Positions 1 to 13,020 of a stretch of DNA of 64,000 nucleotides are shown one piece after another (the stretch's first letter is position 1; every line of letters begins with the position of its first letter). Source of the DNA: Octopus vulgaris (taxonomy: Eukaryota); assembly GCA_951406725.2 (NCBI GenBank), contig OX597814.1:177010001-177074000 (forward strand), written 5' to 3'. The translations under genes were made by a program, and so were the position numbers. The notes under the pieces were generated by a model. That model was not told where the DNA came from. It did no database searches and saw only the letters and a program-made list of their open reading frames with translations.

Positions 1-665
1 GCATTGGATAAAATGCTTTGCAGTCCTTTTTTCAACTCTCTATGCTCTGAGTTCAAATACCACTGAGGTTGACTTTACTTTTCAACATTTCAGGGTTGAT
101 AAAATAAAGAACCAGTCAAATACTGGGGTCAGCATAATAGACTTGCTGTTCTCCCTCAAAATTGCTGGCCTTGTGACAAAATTAGCAAGAATTGTTAGTA
201 TCATTATTTTGTTGTTATTATTTCATAACTTTATAAGGTGGTGAGCTGGCAGAGTTGTTAGCACACTGGATGGAATGCTTAGCAGTATTTCACCTGTCAC
301 TATGTTCTGAGTTCAAATTCCACCGAGGTCGACCTTGTCTTTTATTCTTTTGGGATCGATAAATTAAGTACCAGTGAAACACTGGGGTCGATGTAATTGA
401 CTAGTCCCCTCCCCACCAAATTTCAGGCCTTGTGCCTTTATTAGAAAGGATTATTTCTCACCTTTATAAAGTGGTGAGCTGGCAGAACCATTAGCATGCC
501 AGGTAAAATGATTAGTGACATTTTGTCTGTCTTTAGACAGGTCTGCTTTGCCTTTCATCATTTCAGGTTCAATGAAATCAGTACCAGTTCAGCACTGGGG
601 TTGATGTAATCAACCAGTCTCATCCTCCAAAAGTTCAGGCCTTGCGCCTATAAGAAAAAGAATTA
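1..665 (+). mobile_element. Three adjacent decayed copies of a tRNA-derived SINE with a MetaSINE-like central domain (SINE family 2)
   Basis: Repeated GGTGGTGAGCTGGCAGA head, GTTCTGAGTTCAAAT B-box and GAGGTCGACTTTGCCTTTCATCCTTTCGGGGTCGATAAATTAAGTACCAG-like core; the same family recurs throughout the window. Confidence 0.8.
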
Positions 666-845
666 TTTCACACCTTTATTACCGCTGTTAGAGCAGGAGG
701 TAAGGTACCAGTAATCCAAACTGTTGCATTGATATTAGCTCCTAGTTGAAACTAGTTCACTTCACTCACCTCCTTATGAGAGCTCAAAATATCCCGTGGA
801 AGCGTCATCCAACCAAAGTACAAATATATGGGAAATTACCACCTA

Positions 846-1103
846 TATCATCTTTTGTGAAAAGTAGAAGAGTCCAGTTTGCTGGACATTGTTGTTGAGC
901 TGAAAACGATGTAATTTCTACTCTTCTCCTCTGGAAGCCATCTGCTCGCAATACCAGAGGGCGCACACTCTCCTACCCTGATGTAATCTCCAGGGATACA
1001 GGCATCTAGCAACAGGACCTCTGTAATGCTATGATGGACCGTGAAGTCTGGCGTAACATAGTAAATTCCATTGTCTCGACCACGGTCGAACAATGATGAT
1101 GAT
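846..1103 (+). mobile_element. 3' end fragment of an RTE-clade LINE
   Basis: Translates as LSYPDVISRDTGI*QQDLCNAMMDREVWRNIV (RTE C-terminal DRxxWR motif) and ends in a (TGA)n tail. Confidence 0.65.
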
Positions 1104-1252
1104 CACTTCACTTAAGCAGCTGTTCAGAATTGAGGAAGAAAAAAAATCTATGAATGTCATCCAGTCGTTCCTTCTTAATAGATCAGTAGCCTTGGGCTTA
1201 AGTAAGAAATTATTATTATTATTTGAGTAGTATTAGTATGATAAATACATTA

Positions 1253-1636
1253 GGCGCAGCAGTGGCTGTGTGGTTCCGGGTTCAGTCCCACTGCATGGCA
1301 CCTTGGGCAAGTGTCTTCTACTATAGCCTCGGGCCGACCAAAGCCTTGTGAGTGGATTTGGTAGACGGAAACTGAAAGAAGCCCGTCGTATATATGTATA
1401 TATATATATATGCGTGTGTGTGTTTGTGTGTCTGTGTTTGTCCCCCTAGCATTGCTTGACAACCAATGCTGGTGTGTTTATGTCCCCGTTACTTAGCGGT
1501 TCGGCAAAAGAGATCGATAGAATAAGTACTGGGCTTACAAAAGAATAAGTCCTGGGGTCGAGTTGCTCGACTAAATGCGGTGCTCCAGCATGGCCGCAGT
1601 CAAATGACTGAAACTAGTAAAAGAGTAAAGAGAGTA
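1253..1636 (+). mobile_element. Octopus-type tRNA-derived SINE family 1, with an internal (TA)/(TG) microsatellite
   Basis: GGCGCAGGAGTGGCTGTGTGG-type head, GGGTTCAGTCCC B-box, AAGAGTAAAGAG tail. Other copies at about 2065-2425(-), 7505-7917(-), 11172-11582(+), 16085-16370(+), 21195-21637(-), 26950-27470(+), 36168-36555(-), 46840-47243(+), 53210-53895(-), 57050-57440(-), 57945-58790(+). Confidence 0.85.
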
Positions 1637-3128
1637 GTGAGATTTTATAAGCTTTTGTTTTTCTTTTTATGGACTGAACATACAAAATAATTTTGATCCA
1701 TTAGCTAGAACTGTTTCATAATAACATAAGTTGAATGTGAGTAAGCCTAGGAAGAGGCTGGGTACCACAAGGCATTAACTAATGCATTATAAAAGAGATA
1801 ACTGTGTTGATGCAGACATTTAACCCTTTTGAAACCAATCCACTTAGGACAGCCATTAGTTGTAGGGTTTTAAAGTGATCTGAATTCAAACCTCCCATTA
1901 AAATTTCATGTAAATTTTTTTCCATAAATATCAGTTTAAGAATGACAGTTATTATTTTACTAAAGCTTCCATTCTTTTCAAAATTAACTGAAACAAAGGT
2001 ATAGTATTTGGCAGAAATATGGTAGCAAAAGACTTAATGTAAATTGTTTTTATTTTTTATTTTCTTTTATTCGTTTCAGTCATTGGCCTGTGGCCATGCT
2101 GGGGCACCACCTTGAAGGGTTTTAGTTGAACAAATTGATCCTGGTACTTAGTTTTTTTTTTTAAAGTTTAGCATTTATTCTATTGGTCTCTTTTGGTAAA
2201 CTGCTAAGTTACGTTGGCATAAACAAACCAATGGCAGTTGTCAAGTGGGAGAAGAGTTGTAAACACACACACACACACACATGTATATATATATATATAT
2301 AATGGGCTTCCATGCAGTTTCTGTCTATCAGATTCACTCAAAAGGCACTGGTCAACTTGGGTCTATAGTAGAAGATACCCAAGGTGCTGTACAGTGGGAT
2401 TGAACCCCAAATATGTGGTTGCAAAGCAGATGAAATTAAAAGAAAAACATAATACAGAGTTTAGAGTACATGTGATAGAGGTAGCTAGAGCATGCCATCA
2501 TAAGAGGTTGAAGAGAAGAACAACATCCATAAAGTTACAGTATTGCAAAACTTAGCAAACAAATATATAAATGAGATTAATTGGCTAAAGAAATTTGTTG
2601 ATCGGAGCTCAGTTTGTGCAGTTGTCTAAACTATAGGATCTTGTAGATGATTCCTAGGGAAACTTTGCTGCTGCAAAATAATCCAGTGACCACATAGAGG
2701 TTCCCCCATTGGTTTAATCAATCTAATGGTTTAGTTTTCTTGCCTAAACTTTAGCAGTAATTCTAATACACTATTAAATTTCTCAATTGAATTGCTTACA
2801 GTCCTGAATTTGGATCCAGTTTCAGTCAGTCTCTTGTCTAATGCATTTAATAAAGTTCTGTTCCTTCAGTGCTAAATGAAGAGGTACATGTTGAGCTATT
2901 ATGTTTTGTGTAAGCCAATTTATCCTAGTACAGACCAAGTGCTAGCCAATTCTAATGATTTTTTTGCAGTATCTGTTAAAGATTTTAGGATTTCTATTCT
3001 GAAAAATCTAGCTTTTGTAAAAGCAGAAGTGAGAAAGATGTTCAAGTTGGTCATATTTAGAACTGCCTGCTTCCACAATTTGAGTATATGACTTATATCA
3101 AAGTTGCAAATTGGTGGAGCCTTTAGAG

Positions 3129-3467
3129 CAGTGGTTCTCAACCAGGGTCCATATGACTCCTGGAGGCCTATATGAGATTTTGTGAGTTCATACTAGCAAA
3201 ATAGTGAATTGGGGATCCACAATGATATTTTGAGAGTTTATGAAAAGGTTTGATTTAAATGTATTAATTACAAAAAACAGCCAGGTTTCTTTTGCTAATG
3301 TTTTACATAGTTTAACCTTCACAAGTTAGTGAGTGAATAGCAAAATAGGAATTTTGGAAGAAGTAGCTATAAATTAAGTTTTCAAACATCAAACGGCTAT
3401 GGGGGGTTCACCAGAATAAAACAGTAAATAAAGGGGTCCATAGATAAAAGATGGTTGAAAACCATTG
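3129..3467. mobile_element. hAT-superfamily MITE
   Basis: Termini CAGTGGTTCTCAACC / GGTTGAAAACCATTG with an exact 8-bp TSD CTTTAGAG at 3121-3128 and 3468-3475. Confidence 0.9.
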
Positions 3468-5550
3468 CTTTAGAGTCTTGGATACAATGCCTTGTGCTCT
3501 TTGTTGCAGCTCTATATGTGCTGAGTTCAAATCCCATGAAGGTCAGCTTGGTTTTTCATTCTTTCAGAGTTGATAATTTAAGTAAAAATTTAAGATGGTG
3601 AATAGACAGAGGGGTTTCTTGGAGTATCTGTTCCAGTGCTTTGTGTTTGATGGTAATTCCTGTGAGCACACTGCTGCCAATCTAAATTGGCATTTGACTT
3701 TCTCTGGAGCAACATCATTGATGTGGAGAGGGAAGATTGATAAGAATGCGAGTCTGCTAGTCTTCCATAAGAAGGAAAAAAATTAAAAAAACATAGCTTG
3801 CCTAGTGTTGCATTTTGGTGAAGAACATTTTAAATGCAGACCTGTAGCCTCACAAAACTCATAACCCTCATCATTGTTATCATCAACATCATTGTAGTTG
3901 GTTTAACACTTTTATTTTTATGCTTGTCTTGGCTGGATGTGCCTCCAAGGTAACTACTTATTTAAATCTATCTTAATACTATGTGAGGTACAGGGTTCTT
4001 AGATCTAACTGTACCACTTTCTCCACAGGCTTTTCTTGTTCTGTGTCTTCCACAGGTACCTTTTATGAACTCAGCTAATCATTTAGGGAATCTCTATAGG
4101 ATGAAACAATCTGCTAGAAGTAGAAGCCAAATCGCTCAAATCAAGCTACACTTTCTCAAACAGGGGAGGATATATTGGATGATGTCATGCCAGATGCCCT
4201 TAAAAAAGATGGGATGGCCACAGCTGGGATCCTTTTGATTACAGATGTGCTCAATTAGATTTATACTGACCCATCTTGTGATGCATCTGTAAACTGGAGC
4301 TCATTAACTGTTTGTTGGCTGGTTCCTAGAGATATCTTGTAAATTAATGACTTATGTATAGCTTGTATAGCTTCCAGCTTATAATTCAGAATCTTACCAA
4401 ATCTCTTAATTATGATTATCAAAATAAAAGGTATAGTAGCAGAATCAAAAGAGATAGTACTGTTTTGTGTTAATTTTGAAGAAATGTTAAGCTGGTGACA
4501 ATAGTATATCAATCTTGTACTTATTAAAATGTCATCTTCATTACATTATGATAACAATCTTTGTATGTTTAACATATTGAGTTGATGTTGTTCATCCCAG
4601 GTTCGTCTTGATTGAACAAACCAATGATCAAAGATGTTCTAAATGAAAATATTTCTTCACTGCTTCATTCACACAGTGACATCCTACCAATGGCTGTTTC
4701 ATTCATCTTTTATCATCATATTGGCCATTTCTTTCACCCAGTGATCTCATACTATTCATTCTTATATTCATCAATGGCATTCTGTCTTTGACTACCAAAC
4801 TCTCCCAATGACATCATAACATTGGCTGTTACAATCATTCCATATCATCATACAACTGGCTGTTGCATTCATCTATTGGCCTCATTCCATTGATGGTTCC
4901 ATTCACATAACTATATTTTCACCTTTCAGTAACATATCATTGAATATAGAAATATATTATACCATTCATCTATGTCAATCCTACTGACATTTTGCTTGTG
5001 TTATTCTCAGTATATACCAGTAATATCTGTTTACACTCACTTAAATATTCTTTCAATGGTTCATGCCATATTTGCTCTCCACATTATTTTTCGATGCATG
5101 TCACATACATTTTACATATATTGTATTGAATACCTATAATTGACATAATCTCTCAGTAGAGGTAATACCAATTATCCATGTCGTATTTACTATGCAAATA
5201 TTATATCGACAATCGATGTCAACCTTTACAGCCAATGGTTTATGTTGCTTTACAAGCATTATAATGATCCATGTCACATTCACTTTTGATTACTCATTTT
5301 AAAGTCTACTGACATTGTACCACTAAGCTTCATGACATTACAACTGCAATCCATACTCTTTCTATTGATGTATCAATGATCCATTTTACTAATATTTCAC
5401 AGATGCTATTCTGATGACACATATCACACTCATACTACAAATATTTTACCAATCATTTATATCAAATGATTCTACCCATGTGCTTTATGTCCAGTGACCA
5501 CAATATATATATATATCAAATAAAATCAAAAACAGAACACAAAGGATATC

Positions 5551-5641
5551 GCGGTACACGTGTTTCAACCTTTATAAACAGCCCATTCTTACATCAGTGT
5601 ATAATTGATATAAAAGATGGTTTAAAGCTCTCTTCAGCCGC
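5551..5641 (-). ncRNA. Type I hammerhead ribozyme motif, canonical core, long stem II
   Basis: Minus strand: GCGG-CTGAAGA-G-AGCTTT...AAGGTT-GAAAC-ACGT-GTA-CCGC. Stem I GCGG/CCGC, palindromic stem III ACACGTGT, GUA cleavage triplet. Confidence 0.8.
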
Positions 5642-5855
5642 AAACATTGTTATTCCAAAGAGTTACATCACACTATAAAAAATATGAAAAGTACATATAG
5701 TATTACCCATTATAATAGTATATCATATCTCCCTGAGAAAGTGCATTTGTAAAATTTGCTTTATATTCAGTTAACATTTTCTTCTGAAGTATATGTATGT
5801 TGAGTTCTAACACCAAGTTATTAGTATGAATATCACTAAATGAAATAATAATATA

Positions 5856-7270
5856 CGAGGGGTGTATGAAAAGTCTTGAGCCTCAAAAAAAATAAAACAT
5901 GGTACAAGACTTCTGATGATTTATTTTTCAACATATGTTGGTGGCACATAAAATCACCCACTACACTCTCGGAGTGGTTGGCGTTAGGAAGGGCATCCAG
6001 CTGTAGAAACACTGCCAGATCTGACTGGCCTGGTGCAGCCTTTGGGCTCTCCAGACCCCAGTTGAACCGTCCAACCCATGCTAGCATGGAAAGCGGACGT
6101 TAAACGATGATGATGATAGTCCTCCTCAATAGTTCAACACTTTCTCCAGCAGTGCTGAAGTGCCAATATCCTGGCATAGAACTCTTTTGTTCGAGACTCC
6201 AAGAAACTTCCTACAGCGTCTATGATGTCATTGTTACTGGTAAAATGGCGACTAGCCAGGGCTTTTTTCATTTTTGGAAATAGGTGAAAGTCAGAGGGGG
6301 TTAAAGTCTGGCAAATAAGGTGGATGGGGAACAAGTTCGTATCCACAATCATGAATTGTTGACATGGCAGCCACTGAGGTGTAGGCTTGAGCATTGTCGT
6401 GATGAAAAAGGACTCCTCTGGTGAGCATTCTCGGCCTTTTTCCTTTGATTGCTTCTCGGCAGTGTTTCAGTAACTGAGAATAATACAGCCCTGTCATGGT
6501 GTGACCCTTTTCAAGGTAATCGATCAGCAAGACACCTTGAGAATCTCCCAAAACGGACACCATGACCTTGCCAGCTGAAGGAATGACCCTGGCCTTCTTT
6601 GAGATAGGAGTAAATGTGTGTTTCCACTGCTTTGATTGTTCTTTGGTTTCAGGCTGGTAGAGATGAACCCAACTTTCATCCATAGTAATGAAACGAGCTA
6701 GAAAGTTTTCTTTATTGGCTTCAAACAGTTCCAGATTGCTTGTGGACAGAGTGCATCTGATGCATCTGATGTTCAGGTGTCAAAAGGTGAGGGACTCACC
6801 TTGTAGAAACCTTTGAGAACCCAAGTTCTTTTGTCACAATGTTGTCTGCTCTTTCAGGTTGAGATGCCCAGTCTCTCGGCTATCTGATGACATGATATTC
6901 AGCGATCTTGCATTATCATACCAAGAGCAAGGTCAAGGTTGTCCTTGGTGGTTGCAGTTGGAAGTCTCCCTGGTCTGGGATCATCTTGCACACACTTCCT
7001 GCCATGCTTGAATTCATTTACCCAGCATTTGACTGTTGCATACGAAGGAGCATTGTCTGTTAAGGTTCTCACCATATCTTCATGGATTTCTGATGGAGTC
7101 ATGCCTTTCTGCATGGAAAGTGGACGTTAAATGATGATGATGCTTATGATAGAATCTTTTACTAGTTCTAGCCTAGGCAGTGAGCTGTTGCCATGGTAGG
7201 ACTACCTGTACTCATGCTGGAAATTGAACCAACTCTGACTGAGGTGAAATTCAGGACTCTGAGGCTGAAT
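5856..7270 (-). mobile_element. Decayed Tc1/mariner element (frameshifted transposase) interrupted by short retroposon fragments
   Basis: ORF fragments 6899-7114 (HTH, WVNEFKHGR..DDPRPGR), 6291-6683 (MDESWV, HHDNA, PHPPY) and 6134-6394 (PSDFHLF); left end TA-CGAGGGGTGTATGAAAAGT; RTE-tailed insertions at about 5936-6116 and 7110-7143. Confidence 0.9.
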
Positions 7271-7342
7271 GTGAACCATAAATTATTCAGAGATATTCCA
7301 GCGGTTTTTGTTTTGTTTTTATCATTCTCTTTCTCTTTGTAG

Positions 7343-7469
7343 GTAACCACTTGCACCGTTATTCAAAAGTTCTGGAGGGACACTTAGGCAACCCCAAACC
7401 TCGACCTCTGCCACCTTGCCCTCATCAAAGCTGGGCAGCTCCACACCTCCTGAACATATCAGCCCCTTC
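7343..7469 (+). CDS. MBTPS1: Membrane-bound transcription factor site-1 protease (S1P/SKI-1), penultimate coding exon
   Basis: Polypyrimidine tract and AG acceptor (7341-7342), GTAAG donor at 7470. Encodes [42 protein letters not shown], closely matching vertebrate S1[43 protein letters not shown] as recalled. Confidence 0.95.
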
Positions 7470-8169
7470 GTAAGTTTTATTTTTGCAGTTCTTTATAAAT
7501 ATATACTCTTTACTCTTTTACTTGTTTCAGTCATGTGACTGTGGCCTTGCTGGAGCACCGCCTTTAGTCGAGCAAATCGACCCCAGGACTTATTCTTTGT
7601 AAGCCTAGTACTTATTCTACTGGTCTCTTTTGCCGAACCACTAAATTACGGTGACGTAAACACACCAGCATTGGTTGTCAAGCGATGTTTGGGGGGGGGG
7701 GGACAAACACAGACATACAAACAAATACACACACATACATATATGTATATATATATACATGATGAGCTGCTTTCAGTTTCTGTCTACCAAATCCACTCAC
7801 AAGGCTTTGGTCGGCCCGAGGCTATAGTATAAGACACTTGCCCAAGGTGCCACGCAGTGGGACGAACCCAGAACCATGTGGTTCATAAGCAAGCTACTTA
7901 CCACACAGCCACTCCTAATATTTTTTTTTTGTCTGTTAGAAAAACATTATTGATACACTTGCATCAACATCTTCATACTCTGGTTGAAAAACACACACAT
8001 TATCCTGTATTTTCTGACATAGAAATCAAATTTTTCAGGCCGAAATTTATAGTGAAAAAATGCAGGTTGATTTATACACCAAGATGACTTGGAGAATCAA
8101 ATATTCCATGTGAAATACAGTAGGATTTGGAACAACTGTGATGGCGTTTGAATGTTTACACTATGAAGG

Positions 8170-8478
8170 CCAAGTGGTTAGGATAGTTGGCTCAAGATCA
8201 TATGATCGCAAGTTCAATATCTGGTGGTGTGTTGTGCTCTTGAGCAAGACACTTCATTTCATGTTACTCCAGGCCACTGAGCTGGCAAAAATGAGTTGTA
8301 CCTGTATTTCAAAGGGCCAACCTTGCCACATCTTGTGTCATGCTTAATCTTCTTGAGTACATTAAGTGTATTCGTGTCTGTGGAGTGCTCAGCCAACTTC
8401 CATGGTAATTTCCCAAGAAGCCTGTTCCATTGATTGTATCAACTGGAACCCTCTTCATCGTAACTGACAGAATGCCAG
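8170..8478 (+). mobile_element. tRNA-derived SINE family 3
   Basis: AGTGGTTAG A-box, GTTCAAT B-box, TTGAGCAAGACACTTCATTTCA body. Related copies at about 18305-18630(-), 22308-22553(+), 22830-23135(-), 30406-30651(+), 33220-33415(-). Confidence 0.7.
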
Positions 8479-8616
8479 TTTATACACTGTGTTGATTTGA
8501 AAGCTGGAAAATATGGTCAACACACATGCAGACACACACACACACACTAGGTTGCTTCATAGTTTCCCCTTACTAAATTCTACTTGGACAGTATCAGATA
8601 GACTGAGGCAATGATA

Positions 8617-8848
8617 TATATTTCTTTACTACCCACAAGGGGCTAAACACAGAGGGGACAAACAAGGACAGACAAAGGGATAAAGTCGATTACATTGACC
8701 CCAGTGCATAACTGGTACTTAATTTATCGACCCCGAAAGGATGAAAGGCAAAGTCGACCTCGGCGGAGTTTGAACTCGGAACGTAACGACAGACGAAATG
8801 CCTCTAAGCATTTCACCCAGTGTGCTAACATTTCTGCAAGCTTGCTGC
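8617..8848 (-). mobile_element. SINE family 2 copy with TSD, in the last MBTPS1 intron
   Basis: Reverse complement of the family 2 consensus, flanked by the direct repeat CTGAGGCAATGATA. Confidence 0.85.
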
Positions 8849-9116
8849 CTGAGGCAATGATAGAATATACTTGCCCAGGCTACCAAAAATCATACGATTG
8901 CAAAACTTCCTTGCTACACAACCATGCCTACACCTGTATATAAATTCATGTATATTTTTGGGATGAAATTATTAAAGCTGAATTGTTTTAGAAACACTTT
9001 ATTAAGGTATTGTTTCAATTGGGTTTTGAGGTATCTGGAATCTGTAAAGATATTCTTTCTCTTTCAAAAAATTCATTTTCGTGTTTTGAATTAACTTTAA
9101 CTTCTTTTATTTGCAG

Positions 9117-9423
9117 GAATCTGTTCCAGCAACCAAAACTATTGTCAGTTGACATTGGCCAGCAATCTAATTGGCGAAATGCACACCACTTCCCAATGAA
9201 GATTCCTGATAAAGCAATTCCAGTCATTGAAACACGTAGAATAGAATTTCCTATAACCTATGATGGGTTAAGTTTCTATCCTCTGTTTGCACTTGTGACC
9301 ACTCTGCTTGTCCTAATGTTTCTCATCAATCAATATTGCAAACACAAACCTCGACCAAAGAAGAAGAAGTCTTTTGTACGAAAGGTGCAACACATACTGT
9401 TGAGTCGAGTCCCCAGCGTCTGA
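9117..9423 (+). CDS. MBTPS1: Site-1 protease, final coding exon (TM helix, basic cytosolic tail, stop)
   Basis: TTTGCAG acceptor; phase matches the previous exon (TC+G = Ser). Encodes NLFQQPKLLSVD...LFALVTTLLVLMFLINQY (TM) ...KPRPKKKK...RVPSV*, compared with human NLWKHQKLLSID...KSRPKRRK...KTPSV. Confidence 0.95.
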
Positions 9424-10358
9424 TACTGTGATCGCAACCAGTGATGTTTTGTTTGTAGGTTCAAATTCTTGTTCTGTTGAATAATGCAAAATATCAAAGA
9501 GAAAGTCAAGTATGAGAAGACAACTGTTAGAAAAAAAAAAAAAGCAAAAAAGGAGAGAAAAACAAGCAATGTAATTTCTATGACTCTTTTGGAACTAGAA
9601 CTGCTGGCAGTATCTCCAGAATTCCGTTGACATGAAAATGGCAAATTCTAAAATCGTTTTTGTTTCTTCTATCAGAAACTTTACCCCCCCCCAAAACAAC
9701 CCTACCATTTTATTTTCATTCGCCCAAATATATTGATTCTAATTACAAATGGAGTAATAACATTTATATAATATATATATTTATGTGTTTATTTATATAT
9801 GTGTGTATGTATTTGTTTATGTATGTATTCATTTATTTATGCATGAGTATGTATTGATTCACATATGTATATATTTTTATATTCACATTCGCTTATATGT
9901 ATGTTATTTGCATTTGTGTATGCATGTGTGTACTGGCTATGCTAGCACTACTATTATTATTGCTGCAGTTAATGATTTTGGTCTGCTGCAGTCTTGTGAA
10001 TGAGTGTGTTTTGATGTGACTGAACTCCTAAAATGTTGTTGGTTCAGCTGAAGTCTTCTTGTACAGTGGAGTTTGAAAGAATTGGCATGTAAAGTCATAC
10101 AGATGAGCTTTGATGAAGGAAGTTAAACTGCTGGGATCCCTTGATACCTAATCCTCAGCTGGAAGTATAAGGCCATTACTTATGCTGTTTTGCAGAAGCT
10201 TGGAGACCAAGATTTTATGTCACTTTCAATGGTATAATTTTACACGAGTGCTAATATTTTCCAGACATAAACACAGTTGGGTTTTTATCCTTCTTCATAC
10301 TATAAAATAGAAGATTTCAAATATTTCACTTTATTTCAATAGTTTTGCTAGTTGATTG

Positions 10359-10775
10359 GGATCTTTTCGGTTTGAATGGCAGTTTTTTCTAGTGGTGTCA
10401 TATGAAATTGTCACCCATAATTACGACCCTAGTATCGATCTATTGCATTTCAATCTGTTTTAGGGTTAGGGGTGGGGGAAAGGGTATCTTTTTTCTTCAC
10501 AAATGTAAATAAACCCAATCTGTTTCTTAAACGAGGGACATATTCATACGGCACAGAATGTTTTTTTTTACCTCAATAGGCGTATTTGATTGGTTGAAAT
10601 TGCAGAAATTGCAGGAAAAAAATGCAACAAATATCTTACAAAAACTATAGAATTTTCTCAATAAAGCCAAGAGAAAAAAATGTTTTATAAACACATTCTA
10701 CCAGTATACAAAGTTTAAAATTTTCTAGTTATCTAGAAACTATGTTAAAAACTGCTGTTCAAACCGAAAAGATCC
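10359..10775. mobile_element. MITE with about 29-bp TIRs and internal TTAGGG repeats
   Basis: GGATCTTTTCGGTTTGAAYGGCAGTTTTT termini; 8-bp TSD GTTGATTG at 10351-10358 and 10776-10783. Confidence 0.9.
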
Positions 10776-11589
10776 GTTGATTGGAACAATCTTTATGAAG
10801 TATAACTGCTTCTTTCTATATTTGTTACTTTAGAAGGTAGTCAGATCTAGGTGCAATAGTTCCAGTCAGCTAAGAACAGGCTTCTTGGATACAGTACAAC
10901 CTCCTGTTTCCTTATTTGTTATCTAGATCCATCCTGTTAATCATTTGAAGATAATCTGTTATAAATAGGAGTATAAAATGTTGCATCATTACTCAAATAC
11001 ACAGGTTTCACAATTTTCCTGATTCTGGGAATGCAATTTTTTGAGGCCCTTTGTATTTGCTCTTCTTGTTTAGGCCTTATGCATTCGGACTGACTTTGCC
11101 TGCAGCATTCTCAAGAGATGTTAACAACTCTTGCACATCACTCAGCTGATGAGCTGTGAAAACAAAATCATAGGCTGTGTGGTAAGTAGCTTGCTAACCA
11201 ACCACATGGTTCCGGGTTCAGTCCCACTGTGTGGCATCTTGGGCGAGTGTCTTCTGCTATAGCCCCGGGCCAACCAATGCCTTGTGAGTTGATTTGGTAG
11301 ACAGAAACTGAAAGAAGCCTGTTGTATATATGTATATATATATATATGTATGTATATGTGTGTATGTGTTTGTGTCTCTGTGTTTGTCCCCCTAGCATTG
11401 CTTGACAACCGATGCTGGTGTGTTTACGTCCCCGACACTTAGCGGTTCGGCAAAAGAGACCGATAGAATAAGTACTGGGCTTACAAAGAATAAGTCCCGG
11501 GGTCGATTTGCTCGACTAAAGGTGGTGCTCCAGCATGGCCGCATTCAAATGACTGAAACAAGTCAAAGAGTAAAGAGTAAAGCTTCTGC

Positions 11590-12985
11590 TTGATGGTGAA
11601 ACTTTTGTTTTGTACGGAGTCAGAATATTACTTAAAGATGTATTCCACTACAGTCACAAGGAGAAAAGGAGACAGATTGACTTCCTGAAGGATTCCTACT
11701 GCTGTTCAAAGCTCATGGTAGACTATTTGTGCTTTGCATAAAGCTTGATAGATTTTCATATGCGAATAGTATAACTTCCACAATCTCATCTCTGATAATA
11801 TAAATCAACAAGATATATAACATGGCCTTTGTGTTGGCACTGTCAAATGTCTTAAAGAAATCCATAAACATGATTGTTGCTTTCTGCTTGAAGATTCTCA
11901 GCTCTATATTCTTCTAACGGTAAGGATTTTTTGTAGTGTTGATCTACCTTTCTGGAAGCCATTTTGGTTCTGCCTCTTTGGATGGGATTAGTATGGGGTA
12001 ATATTCTATTAAAAAGCATCGAGTTGTAGATTTCTGAGGCTAAAGACTAGTGTAATTCATATGAAGTTTTGAGGCAGATGAGGATCGCTTTTCTTTGAAA
12101 GTGAAATAATTGAAGACTTTGGGAAGGCTGTTAATCTGTTTACTTTTCAGGTCTCATTACAGAAGTCCAACAGATATTTGTAGAATATTTGTAGAATCAT
12201 CTTCTAGATGATTCTTGTGATGTTATCTGGACCTGGTGTGTCACCGGGTCCAGATAACACCACAGGAATCATCTATAGTGAGTGGGCTAATTTGGATTGG
12301 TTGGTTATCTGCTACTTTGTGTTTGAAGAAAGGATTATTACCATGTTTAGTGTTGCATAACTCTGCGTTATCAATTAGCAATCTAAAGTGCTGAAACCAG
12401 ACACCTAGATGCCAGTCAGTGGTTTCCCTTACAATGCAAATCACAGAAAAAGCTCACTTTTTGCTTAGTTACCTCACAGATATTCAAGCTGTGGCATGTT
12501 TGTTCTCATTGTGGAGGTTTCAAGTTCTTCAAGTCTTGATTTAATAGGTGCTTCTTGTACCTCCATTTATGCTTCATAAAGTGTAATTTTAGCTGAACCA
12601 AGGGCTATTTTAGTATTCTTCATGGACCTTGATTAATGTTTCTGGGTTGCTCTCTTTGGATCTTTTTTGATCCTTGTTACTTTCTCATTGGGAGCAAAGA
12701 TTACTGTCTTCATCTTCTAATAGAAGAAGAAGAATACTCAACTACATTGATGTTATTGGCAGTGAAATACAACATGGAAGTGAGAACCTACCAAAGCTAA
12801 TGGGAGACATAAATTCTTGGTGCAGCATTATGAAGCATATCTCAGTCGTAACCACCTGAAGATGAAGTCCCTATTTATCCTGGCTGCAATGTGTTTGGTC
12901 ATTGTTATTGAAGGGCTTGGTCACTTTCAGTGTTCCTTGCATATTCATCAAGTTTTGCTGCAAGTATTTTTAGCAAAGTGTTTTA
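11590..12985 (-). mobile_element. Decayed LINE (RTE-like) reverse transcriptase remnant
   Basis: Minus-strand peptides QNQNGFQKGRSTL and ATIMFMDFFKTFDS correspond to RT motifs QxGFRxGRST and FxDFxKAFDS; many disruptions. Confidence 0.7.
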
Positions 12986-13020
12986 CGGTGGTTGCTTTAA
13001 TATTGATATATATTAAAGGT

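Noticed and set aside
1-7342. Further upstream MBTPS1 exons
   Set aside because: I could not find a segment encoding the expected preceding peptide; it probably lies before the window, though a short exon could have been missed.
9010-9116. N-terminal part of ORF 9010-9423
   Set aside because: It is intronic; homology and the splice acceptor begin at 9117.
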